Shown here: piece after piece, positions 1-8,168 of the stretch
How positions within the stretch are numbered: the stretch's first letter is position 1
Layout of the letters: each line of letters begins with the position of its first letter
Virus record (IMG/VR): IMGVR_UViG_3300045988_003762
Coordinates: 1-42,671 of that record
Direction: 5' to 3' (one strand)
Length of the DNA: 42,671 nt
Origin: a virus
The notes under the pieces: model-generated
Told to the model about the DNA's origin: nothing
Seen by the model: the letters and a program-made list of their open reading frames with translations, nothing else
The model's database searches: none
Position numbers and translations under genes: made by a program

Positions 1-101
1 CAGTTCAGGCGGAAATAGGCAGCATTCCCTAAGTCCACGCCAGACCAGTTCTTCACAGTGAACTGCGTCCAGATGCCGTTCTCATCCTTCACGCCCGACA
101 G
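1..101. repeat. Terminal direct repeat, copy 1 (identical to 42571..42671)
   Basis: Read directly: cagttcaggcggaaataggcagc...cacgcccgacag occurs at both window ends with 101/101 identity. This is typical of the overlap on a circular contig. Confidence 0.95.
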
Positions 102-2975
102 CGTGCCGCCCAAGCCGATTGCGTTTGTCTGAGCCAAATGGGCCTTGTCTGCGCTATAAAAAGAGACGCGCTGATTTCCGCTGTTTAGACCCGTGGTGAC
201 ACCGTTCTGCCACTTGACATTTTTCAGGTGGACTACATCGCCGAATTTGACCGGGATAAAGCCGGTCAAATAGCTGTCGTTCTGGCCAGTCGGAGCGCCA
301 TCGCTCCCCAGTCGGTAGCCCTTTTCCCATCCCACGCCGTTGTAGATGCTGCCGTCCGTGTCGGTGGCACTGGGCAGCAGATTGGTGTAGCTGGGTGCGC
401 TGGGGTCGATCACGGTATAATCAAATACCCTGTCAACGCCGGGGCCGTAGTGGTCAACATAGATCTTCTTGTCAGCGCGGTTGATGCTGAACACGCAGAA
501 GGACGTTCCGTTGGCTGTCCCTGCCGTCTTGGTGTAAGTGTTTCCGTCCGCAGACACACGCTCCCGCCCGTTCATGATGTTGGGGCAGCAGATGGACAGG
601 AACGCCCCGCCCACAGTCTCATTGGCATAGCGATGTTCATGGCCATGAATACACCCGATGATTCCCGCCGGTGTGATTGTTGTAAAGTTGTAGTTCACCG
701 TCACTCCACCGTGGGTGATGCTGCCGCTCTTTTTTGTGGCGTAGGCCTTTAGCAGTGTCGCCGCGTTGGCCGTATTGCACGGATGCACCGTGCCGCTGGG
801 GTCGGTGTAGGTGCCGGACGTACCCAGCACCGCGTGGGAGAAGATCAGGAACGACCACTTGGAGGGATCGTCCACGCCGCTGAAATTCAGCGCGTGGTCT
901 GCCAGCCACTGGAGCTGCGCAGCGCTAATGTTTTCCACATTCAGAAACGTGCAGTTTTCCCCAGCACCCACCTGAGCGCCGCCCCAGCTCCGCCGGTCGT
1001 GGGTGTCCAGATAGATCAGCCGCAGCCGCAAGCCGGGGAAGTCCATGTAGCCGTAGGCTGCGTCGCCCGGAACATAGCCGTTGCTGGCCAGATTCTTCCG
1101 GCTGATGGCGGCGTACACCTGCGTCTGGGACATCCGGTTCGCCGTGGCCTGATAGGGCGCATCGTCGTGGTTTCCTACGCACCACGCCTGCCGACCGGGA
1201 AACTTGGAACCAATCAGCAACTGATAGTCGGCCATATCGCGCATGGCAGATTCCACCGTCGTGTTATAGGCACCGGTGGTGTAGTCCCCCACATGGGCGA
1301 CAAAATCCAGTGCACACCGTTCGTTCAGCCGTTTCAGTGCCTGCCCCGCCTGTTTTCCTGCGGCATTCCCCGTGTCGGTGTAGTAGCCAAGATGCGCGTC
1401 CGCCATCACCGCAAACACGACGTTGTCAGCGCCAATGTGGTTCACGACCTTCTTGGCCAGCGCATCAGCAGCGGTCAGCACATAGTCCGGCGTGTCGTCG
1501 CCTACACCGGCATGGATGTCTATAGTCTTTGCCTCACTGCCGTCGTAGTTGACGCTGTTGCTACCGATGGTGATGGTCAGCGCATTCGGATTGGGTAGAG
1601 CACTGGGGATGTCGGGGATATCACCCTTCGTTGCCAGCCGCGTATTACTTGCCTGTACATCGCCATTGACGATGGCAATAGTCAGCGACTGCGCCGCGAA
1701 TTTCATTGCGGTCAGCGCACCGGAACCGGAGAATATCCATGTGTTTGCACTGGGCATTGGGACGAATAGTGGCAGCGTTGCGGTGTACGGCCCCATCGCG
1801 CACCGGCATGTCAGTACATTTCCCGCCTCATACGCCGCCTTGATGTCGGCCATTGCCACCGGGCAGGTGTAGTTGGGGTAGTTGCCCTCAAGGTCGATGT
1901 AGAACACCTCCGCGCCCGGCCCTTGTTCGCCTCTCGACGGCAGGCCCGTATCGGTCTCGCCCAGATACCAGTTCCCGTTCGCACCGATGGTCGGTGTGAT
2001 GCCGTCGGTGCCTTTTAGGGTGCCCTTGTAATTAATGTCAGCTCTGCCGCTGCCGTCCGCGTTATCTGTGCGACTTGTGCATAGACCGACATTGCCATTG
2101 TCGGGGTTATAAAGCCAATCACCCTTGCCCCATTTAGGTGCTATAAGCGAACCATCCCAAACAACGGCCTGCACGAGTGAGGTTCCCACATTGTGCTGAT
2201 ACCATCCACGACCGCGTACCCCATCCTCACCTATGGCCGTATACTCGGTGGCCACATACGCATTTTTCGATGCGTCCCACAGTTCCCACTTGCCGTCGGT
2301 GTTGATGCGGGGTGCGTGCTTGACGCTCTCCGCCGCACTTCTTGCCGCTGCGGTCGCACTTTCTCCGGCGCTTGTTGCGCTGTTTCCCGCTGCGATTGCG
2401 CTGTCAGCAGCGGCTTGTGCATATTCACCCGCGTATTTCTCAGAAGTCTGTGCACGGGACTGTGACAACGCCGCGCCTTCTGCGCTTTTTGCCGCCTCCG
2501 TCGCCGCCTTTCGCGCGTCCACGATGGTGGCAAGAACGTTGTCGATCTGCCCTTGCAACTGCTCCACGTTGGAGGCAGGTACATCCGTCTCCGTCTCCGC
2601 GTCGGCGCTCCATTTGCTCTCTGCCACGGTGAATCGACCGTACACAGCCAGCGTTGCCCGTGTTTCCTTCTGCGCGGACACCGCAGCGCCCTTGATGCAC
2701 AGCGTCATTTCACCGGCGTACTTTTTCGCCCCGCTGGGCACCGGAACAAGATACACGCTGGTGTCGTCCGCCTCCAGCATGTCAGCGGTCAGAAGCACCT
2801 CTATCGTGGCTTCCCCCAGCGCATCGCGAAACTGCACCATTTTCGTCAGGCCGTCCCACATGCCGGAGAACTCCATGCGGAGAATAACGTCGTTGTGGCT
2901 CCCGGCAGCGCCGATCATGCCCTTGTCGCCGGTGATATATTCGTTCTGAATTTTCAGGGGAATTGTCCTTATCAT
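1..2975 (-). CDS. Tail fibre / receptor-binding protein with an internal calcineurin-like metallophosphoesterase domain. This is the 5' part; the ORF runs off the left edge and finishes at 42570..42519 (1008 aa when joined).
   Basis: ATG at 2975 follows GGAAAGGA. This minus frame has no stop from 2975 to 1, which explains its absence from the ORF track. Hand translation gives MIRTIPLKIQNEYITGDKG..., then an Ala/Ser-rich segment (AKSAEGAALSQSRAQTSEKYAGEYAQAAADSAIAAG) typical of fibre shafts. Metallophosphoesterase motifs follow: ADAH (~1394), VGDY (~1285), GNHDD (~1170), FSHA and GHEH (~640). Three of the motif codons (the His of ADAH, the second Asp of GNHDD, the second His of GHEH) were checked to be in frame. 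Confidence 0.8.
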   Translation of the reverse strand, partial: MIRTIPLKIQNEYITGDKGMIGAAGSHNDVILRMEFSGMWDGLTKMVQFRDALGEATIEVLLTADMLEADDTSVYLVPVPSGAKKYAGEMTLCIKGAAVSAQKETRATLAVYGRFTVAESKWSADAETETDVPASNVEQLQGQIDNVLATIVDARKAATEAAKSAEGAALSQSRAQTSEKYAGEYAQAAADSAIAAGNSATSAGESATAAARSAAESVKHAPRINTDGKWELWDASKNAYVATEYTAIGEDGVRGRGWYQHNVGTSLVQAVVWDGSLIAPKWGKGDWLYNPDNGNVGLCTSRTDNADGSGRADINYKGTLKGTDGITPTIGANGNWYLGETDTGLPSRGEQGPGAEVFYIDLEGNYPNYTCPVAMADIKAAYEAGNVLTCRCAMGPYTATLPLFVPMPSANTWIFSGSGALTAMKFAAQSLTIAIVNGDVQASNTRLATKGDIPDIPSALPNPNALTITIGSNSVNYDGSEAKTIDIHAGVGDDTPDYVLTAADALAKKVVNHIGADNVVFAVMADAHLGYYTDTGNAAGKQAGQALKRLNERCALDFVAHVGDYTTGAYNTTVESAMRDMADYQLLIGSKFPGRQAWCVGNHDDAPYQATANRMSQTQVYAAISRKNLASNGYVPGDAAYGYMDFPGLRLRLIYLDTHDRRSWGGAQVGAGENCTFLNVENISAAQLQWLADHALNFSGVDDPSKWSFLIFSHAVLGTSGTYTDPSGTVHPCNTANAATLLKAYATKKSGSITHGGVTVNYNFTTITPAGIIGCIHGHEHRYANETVGGAFLSICCPNIMNGRERVSADGNTYTKTAGTANGTSFCVFSINRADKKIYVDHYGPGVDRVFDYTVIDPSAPSYTNLLPSATDTDGSIYNGVGWEKGYRLGSDGAPTGQNDSYLTGFIPVKFGDVVHLKNVKWQNGVTTGLNSGNQRVSFYSADKAHLAQTNAIGLGGTLSGVKDENGIWTQFTVKNWSGVDLGNAAYFRLN

Positions 2976-2994
2976 GCCCTGTGTCCTTTCCGCT

Positions 2995-3050
2995 GAAAAA
3001 ACGGCACAGCAAGCCGGGAGAGTTGCGTTCTCCTGCGCTTGCTGCGCCGT
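2995..3050 (-). terminator. Rho-independent terminator after the capsid/129-aa genes
   Basis: Arms 3001..3014 and 3037..3050 pair over 14 bp with one G-U. An inner GGAGA/TCTCC extension adds to the stem. A U6 run follows on the minus strand (plus-strand A run at 2996..3001). Confidence 0.7.
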
Positions 3051-3090
3051 GTCACAGCTGTTTTTCGTGTCTCGCGGTGGTATGCAGTTG

Positions 3091-3480
3091 TCAGTTCAGC
3101 TGCTGCTTGACGGCCTCGTATTCCCGGCTCTTGCTCTCCAGATACTCCGCCGTCGCCGCGTCCTGCGCCATAGACTGCCGGATGATGTCATACACATCTT
3201 TGGGAATGCGGACATACTTGCCGCGCTGGATGCGATAGATCTTTCCGTTCAGCCCCACCACAATGTCGTCCTTGTACTTCCCGTCGTCCTTGAACGCGAA
3301 GAAGGAAACCATGCCGTCATCCTCCGTGTCCTTGGCGGACATGCCCTTCATCATTGCCTCCGCTTCCTTCGCGGCGTTCTTGGCCTCCTCAGCCTCTTTT
3401 CTGGCCTGCTCCAGCGCTTCATTCGCTGCGGCCAGAGCCTTTTCCATGTCTTCCGAGGTTCTCGGTTTCTTCTCTGCCAT
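3091..3480 (-). CDS. Hypothetical head-associated protein (129 aa), coiled-coil N-terminus
   Basis: ORF lies directly downstream of the capsid gene. AAAGGAG sits 8 nt before the second ATG (MAEKKPRT...). No recognisable family. Confidence 0.6.
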   Translation of the reverse strand: MAEKKPRTSEDMEKALAAANEALEQARKEAEEAKNAAKEAEAMMKGMSAKDTEDDGMVSFFAFKDDGKYKDDIVVGLNGKIYRIQRGKYVRIPKDVYDIIRQSMAQDAATAEYLESKSREYEAVKQQLN

Positions 3481-3535
3481 GTTCATTTCTCCTTTTGTCC
3501 GTGCGGAGGGGGACAGCGCCCCCTCCGCTATGTGG

Positions 3536-4780
3536 TTAGTTCATGCTGCCGCTCTCAAAGGTAGAGGCGGATTCGATACGAACCATGTACTGCTCCACCA
3601 GACGCTCAGCCACCTTGGTCAGCTTCCAGCCTGCGGTGGCGCGCTGGTTCAGCGGGTCGGCGGTGCCGGAGGATCCCAGCTGCTTCACGATGTGCTGCAG
3701 GCCGCCGCCCTCCAGCTCCGTCACGCCGTAGGCGTCCGCGCCGAGGATCAGAGTGGAGTACACGTCTCGGCCATCCTTGCCGCCCTCGCCGGGATAGATC
3801 ACATCGTTGGCAGATGCCGAGATGGCCTTTTCCACGGTCATCTGGCTGGTGGTATTGGCCGTCACCTGAACGGTGTTGCTGCCGATGGTGACCATACGGC
3901 CTACCAGTGCGCCCGCCGCTACGGTACCGCCGCTGAACTTGACGGTGGTGCTAGACGTCACCGCATCGGACACCTCCAGCGTGCGGGAGTTGGACGCCAG
4001 ATCAGCGCCGTGGAAGATCTTCGCCTCGGTGGTCTCCACGAAACGGACGCCCTCGATCTTGCCGATCTCGCCCTCGTAGATGCCGTCGGGGTCGGAATAG
4101 GTCTTCACGTCAACCCACTTCTTGTCGTTCATCAGGTCATAGGCCACGTCCGGATGGATGATACCGGCAAAGTAGCCGTTGATTTTCTGCGCGTTCATGA
4201 CCTTCAGTGCGCGGACAGCCTTGCGGATGTCGTCCACGGTCAGATAGCAGTTATTCGCCTCGGTGGTGCTGCCGCCCACCAGAGAGGCGCGGTTGGTCTT
4301 TCCGCCGGAGAACACCACGTTGGTGCCGCCTGCCAGCACCTCGCGGGTGATGGTATCGGCAGTACGGCCAGCCTGAGACGCCAGCAGGCGGGTGGCCTGC
4401 ACAAGGTTGTTGTCAATGGCCGTCAGCTCCAGGATGTCGGACAGCTCGATGAATCCGCCGTACTGCTTGATGGTGGCGGTGATCACGCCCATGCTCAGTT
4501 TCTGGCCGGCGGGGGTCACACCTTCGGTCAGGGGAGTGAGCGCCTTGGGCAGGCTGTCGTACTTGCGGAACTCGATGGTCTTGCCGCTGTTTTTGGGGAT
4601 GGGATGCTTTTGGGCGAACTGATCGTGGATCAGCTCAGGCTCGGCCAGATTAATCAGACGCATGCTGTAATACGTCTTCATCTCGTCGCTCAGGCCGGCA
4701 TCCAGTGTGGTGTTGGTGTAACCGTCAAACAGGTTCAGCACCACAGGCATCAGGTACAGATCGTTGTAAATAGTATTCAT
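3536..4780 (-). CDS. Major capsid protein (HK97-fold, resembles the N4-gp56-type family)
   Basis: AAAGGAG precedes MNTIYNDL. The stretch TIEFRKYDSLPKALTPLTEGVTPAG...IKQYGGFIELSD is a pattern I recall from this capsid family. Position after the scaffold gene fits. Confidence 0.85.
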   Translation of the reverse strand: MNTIYNDLYLMPVVLNLFDGYTNTTLDAGLSDEMKTYYSMRLINLAEPELIHDQFAQKHPIPKNSGKTIEFRKYDSLPKALTPLTEGVTPAGQKLSMGVITATIKQYGGFIELSDILELTAIDNNLVQATRLLASQAGRTADTITREVLAGGTNVVFSGGKTNRASLVGGSTTEANNCYLTVDDIRKAVRALKVMNAQKINGYFAGIIHPDVAYDLMNDKKWVDVKTYSDPDGIYEGEIGKIEGVRFVETTEAKIFHGADLASNSRTLEVSDAVTSSTTVKFSGGTVAAGALVGRMVTIGSNTVQVTANTTSQMTVEKAISASANDVIYPGEGGKDGRDVYSTLILGADAYGVTELEGGGLQHIVKQLGSSGTADPLNQRATAGWKLTKVAERLVEQYMVRIESASTFESGSMN

Positions 4781-4816
4781 ATTTGCTCCTTTCAGCATAT
4801 CGCTGCGGAGCGTAGA

Positions 4817-5764
4817 TCAGAAGGAAATGCGATCGCCTCTTGCTACTCTCCGCTCGATCTCCTCAAAGTCTGCTCTCGTCAGCTTCGAGGGGTCGGTTTT
4901 TGTGACAAACGCGCTGTTGGAGCTGGTTCCGTTCTCGGCGGGGCGTTTGCCCTTCGCCCGTACATTGTCGGCCACCTTTTTCTCCGTGCTGGCGGCTGCG
5001 GCCTGTACTGCATTGCCCATCAGCTCGTCGAAATGCAGAACCCGGTATGCGTGCTCCACCGGTGTTCCGGCTTTCAGCAGATTCAGGAAGTCGGGGTTTT
5101 GAAACTCCTGCATCAGGTCGAAGCTCTGGTACATGGGGTTGCCCTTCATGGCCTCTGCCTCTTTGTACCACTTCTCGCCCTGCGCACGGAAGAAATCATT
5201 CTGCTGCTGCTCCTGCTGGCTTCTCAGCAGCTCGGCGTTTTCCCGCTTCAGCTTCCGGAATTCCCTGTACTGGTCTTCGCTCATGCCTGCTTCCTCTGCG
5301 GCTTCGCTCCAGTACGCATGATCGTTGTCCACGGCCTCCAGCAGACGCTTTGCGTCCCCGTCCTGAATGTTGTACCGCTCCATCAGCGTGTCCAGCACCG
5401 GCTGGTATGACTTCATCCGCTGTTCCGTCTCCCGCGCCTCCTTGAAACGCCGGTCGATCATTCTCTGCGTCTCCTGTGTGTACAGGTCTTTGTATTCACC
5501 GTTAATCAGCTCACGGAAAGCCTTTTTCTTGGCTTCCAGCGCGTCGGACGTGGATTCCACGTCCTTTACCTTCTCAGCCCCGGCGTCAGGCTGCTCCTGC
5601 TGTACCTCGCTTTCCGGCTGCTTGCCGTACTTTACGTTGTCCAGCGCGCCCGTTTTGCTCTGGCGGGTGTTACCAGCGCTTGCCTGTGTCTCGCCCTGTG
5701 CGGTGGCGGCTGCCGCCCCATCGCCTCCCTCAAACAGACAGAGGGTCATGTCATAAAGGTACAT
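4817..5764 (-). CDS. Scaffolding protein
   Basis: AAGGAGG RBS. The 315-aa product is acidic, Glu/Lys/Gln-rich and helical, and lies between Prp/portal and the capsid gene. N-terminus is MYLYDMTLCLFEGGDG. Confidence 0.75.
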   Translation of the reverse strand: MYLYDMTLCLFEGGDGAAAATAQGETQASAGNTRQSKTGALDNVKYGKQPESEVQQEQPDAGAEKVKDVESTSDALEAKKKAFRELINGEYKDLYTQETQRMIDRRFKEARETEQRMKSYQPVLDTLMERYNIQDGDAKRLLEAVDNDHAYWSEAAEEAGMSEDQYREFRKLKRENAELLRSQQEQQQNDFFRAQGEKWYKEAEAMKGNPMYQSFDLMQEFQNPDFLNLLKAGTPVEHAYRVLHFDELMGNAVQAAAASTEKKVADNVRAKGKRPAENGTSSNSAFVTKTDPSKLTRADFEEIERRVARGDRISF

Positions 5765-5861
5765 ATCGTTCCTCCTTAAAATGCGCGGGCATATCGCTCC
5801 CGTGTGGCGTCCCTGCTCCTGCGGGATGGCAGCGTCTCATAACCGCCGCCACCCCGCCCGG

Positions 5862-5900
5862 AACAAAAGGGGAGGGGCAGAGTTTCGCCTCTGCACCTCC
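5862..5900 (-). terminator. Hairpin plus U-tract (copy A of the repeated module)
   Basis: GGAGGGGCAGAG (5871..5882) pairs with CTCTGCACCTCC (5889..5900) with one mismatch. CCUUUUGUU follows on the minus strand. Confidence 0.55.
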
Positions 5901-5923
5901 CACAGTAACATTGATTTTTCCCG

Positions 5924-5955
5924 TTTTTCCACTTAAAAGTGGAATTTTCAAAATT
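5924..5955 (-). promoter_or_regulatory. Conserved 32-nt box, copy A (TTTTTCCACTTAAAAGTGGAATTTTCAAAATT on the plus strand)
   Basis: Identical to 10557..10588 except for the central 2 nt of the CCACTT-NN-AAGTGG palindrome. On the minus strand it reads TTGAAA-17 nt-AAAAAC. Confidence 0.6.
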
Positions 5956-6226
5956 TTACAGAAATTTTTCCCGGCGCCATTTTTTCCAGCTGCAAAAAGC
6001 CTATTTTCAGCAGGTCATACAGCCACTTCCCGCCGTGCCATCTGAGGTATGCGTCCCCGCTTTCCAGCTTTTCATACACAAACTCCGCCTCCTGCGTGTT
6101 GTGAAGCCATCCTGCCGCCGTATACATCAGGCAGCTGACCGCTGCACACACATCCGGCGCACCTGTGGCATGTCCCCGGCACCTGACGGAGCAGCTGTCA
6201 CCGCAATGCAGCGTTACCTCCGTCAT
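5948..6226 (-). CDS. prp: Prp-like (ribosomal-processing cysteine protease family, DUF464) phage protease
   Basis: RGHATGAPDVCAAVSCL matches the GHA-x-G-x2-D(I/V)VCAAVS His/Cys signature of Prp/YsxB. ATGA overlap with the portal stop. Size is 92 aa. Confidence 0.7.
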   Translation of the reverse strand: MTEVTLHCGDSCSVRCRGHATGAPDVCAAVSCLMYTAAGWLHNTQEAEFVYEKLESGDAYLRWHGGKWLYDLLKIGFLQLEKMAPGKISVKF

Positions 6227-8157
6227 ACGCTAGGCACGCTCCTTTGCGCCAAAGCCTGCCCGTACCCGGTCATGGGCGTCTGCGCCTCCATAATGCCGCT
6301 TGCAAGTGCGCTGTGCGCCTCCGTTTCACTGCCGCCGGTGTTGTTGCCTTCTGTCTGCCGCGTCTCCTCCTGCGGCATCAGAGCGCCCGTGATTATGGCA
6401 AGCTGCTGCTGCATCTGCATGACCATGTTCAAAAGCGTCTGCCCCTGCATGACCTTCTCCCGCACCGTCTGTATGCCCTCAAAATCCATCATCTCCAGCG
6501 CGATCAGACTGGCCTGCGCGTTCTCCGGGGCGAAAAAGTCCAGGGAATACAGCTCCTTTGCCCGCTCGTTTTGCTCCATGCGGCTGAACGGGTTTTTCTT
6601 CTGCGCCTTGATTTTGAGGTCGAACACCGGACGGCGGTACATCTCGTTGCCCAGCGTGTCAAGCCCCGTCACCTGATCCTGCAAGCCTGCGTTGTCAAAG
6701 GTGACAAACTGATACTCGTTTCCCTCGCCGGTAATGCGGAAGCTGCGGCTCACGTCGTAGAACTGCCGCATCAGCTCCACACACAGCGTGTTGATCTGCG
6801 TATACGCACGATAGCTGGCGGCGATCATGTCACGACTGGCCTTGTTTCCTGCCTCCTGCAAGGCTGCAATCGCCGCTGCTGCGGTCACATTGGTAGTACC
6901 GCCGGAGTTTACGTCCCGGTTGGCCGCCGTGTCCTTCATCTCCTCGATCTTCATCTGCGCCACGGTAACGTAGATATCGGAAAGGGGCTGTGTCACGATT
7001 TCCTTAACGCGCTGATCCCCCAGCTCGCCATTGACGTGTACCATCGGCCGGTTCCAGTCGAGAAATTCTTCTTCGTTTATGGCCGTGCTGTCGCTGACAA
7101 AGAAACGCTTCTTGGTTGCCATCATCGCGTTTTCCAGGATGTTGGCGCTGAGCTTGTCAATGTACAGCTGCGGATCCTTGCATATCGCCACATAGCCGAA
7201 GCCGATGGGTGTGCCTTTCTCCGGGTACATCACGTCCAGCACCACAGGGTACATGCCGTGGTCGTAGAACCCGCGCTCCCGGTATTCCGGGTCGTTCTGG
7301 CTGGCGTACAGCAGGGTTGAGCCTACGAACTTGACGTAGTGCAGCGCCGTCCTGCCGCTGGGTGTCTTGACCTTGTAATACCAGTCCACCACCACGCTCT
7401 TTTCGCTGGTGTCCACGCTGTCGTCATAGATGTACTCTTTCACATCAATGACCTTGCCCTTCTGCTTGCCCTCCAGTTCCGGATATTCCTTGTCCAACAG
7501 GTCGTTGTCCACCAGATCAACAATAAACAGATTCCGGCTCTTCTGGATATCCGTAATGCCCGGTTCCCAAAACAGGTTCAGCAGGTCGATGTCCCTGATT
7601 TCGATGTCACCCAGCCCGTTGTCCTTCTGGCTGTCCCAAAACACACCGTAAGCAGCCGTGCCGTGCTTCAGCTTCTCCCACCAGTTGTCGGAATACACCT
7701 GCTCAAAATGGTTGTGCTCCTGCACCACGGGTAGGATCTGGCTCAGCGTCTTTGCGCTCTGCTCGTCGCTTTCCTCACGCGGCAAAACCACCGGCTCCGG
7801 GTAGTTGTCCATAGCGTCTGCGTGCTTGTTCTGGATGGTGTTGAACAGCCATGCCGACGTGGGCTTGGGCTGCGGCGGTGTAGACTTGACCTCCTTGCCG
7901 CTTCTGTCCACCCGCTTGGCCTTGCTCTGGCCGATGCCCTCCCAGTGCCGCAGCTCCCACCACAGCTCATCGTTGACGATGCGGCTTTCCAGATTGCTCT
8001 TGCCGTCCTTGTACTTTGTCAGCAGATCAATGCCGCGCTCCACGTCCTTGTCCGTGATCATGGGCGCATCCTCCGGCCTCGTCAGCAGCATAGCCGCCAT
8101 CTCCGGCGACATGTCCTGCTCCTGCTCCGTTATGCCGGGCACTCCGAATCTCTCCAT
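6223..8157 (-). CDS. Portal protein
   Basis: 644 aa, immediately after terL. GAGGAGGAAG RBS precedes MERFGVPG; the longer track ORF would overlap terL by 130 nt. Confidence 0.8.
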   Translation of the reverse strand: MERFGVPGITEQEQDMSPEMAAMLLTRPEDAPMITDKDVERGIDLLTKYKDGKSNLESRIVNDELWWELRHWEGIGQSKAKRVDRSGKEVKSTPPQPKPTSAWLFNTIQNKHADAMDNYPEPVVLPREESDEQSAKTLSQILPVVQEHNHFEQVYSDNWWEKLKHGTAAYGVFWDSQKDNGLGDIEIRDIDLLNLFWEPGITDIQKSRNLFIVDLVDNDLLDKEYPELEGKQKGKVIDVKEYIYDDSVDTSEKSVVVDWYYKVKTPSGRTALHYVKFVGSTLLYASQNDPEYRERGFYDHGMYPVVLDVMYPEKGTPIGFGYVAICKDPQLYIDKLSANILENAMMATKKRFFVSDSTAINEEEFLDWNRPMVHVNGELGDQRVKEIVTQPLSDIYVTVAQMKIEEMKDTAANRDVNSGGTTNVTAAAAIAALQEAGNKASRDMIAASYRAYTQINTLCVELMRQFYDVSRSFRITGEGNEYQFVTFDNAGLQDQVTGLDTLGNEMYRRPVFDLKIKAQKKNPFSRMEQNERAKELYSLDFFAPENAQASLIALEMMDFEGIQTVREKVMQGQTLLNMVMQMQQQLAIITGALMPQEETRQTEGNNTGGSETEAHSALASGIMEAQTPMTGYGQALAQRSVPSV

Positions 8158-8168
8158 GTGCTTCCTCC

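Noticed and set aside
3263-5410. Very long plus-strand ORFs opposite the structural genes (3263..5410, 715 aa; 30970..32886, 638 aa; 35416..37065, 549 aa; 39381..40781, 466 aa; 783..1598; 2233..2949; and others)
   Set aside because: They are antisense shadows of well-supported minus-strand genes in high-GC DNA. Their products are Arg/Gly/Val/His/Leu-rich low-complexity strings, and I looked for no Shine-Dalgarno sites for them. The opposite strand carries genes with recognisable motifs and strong RBSs.
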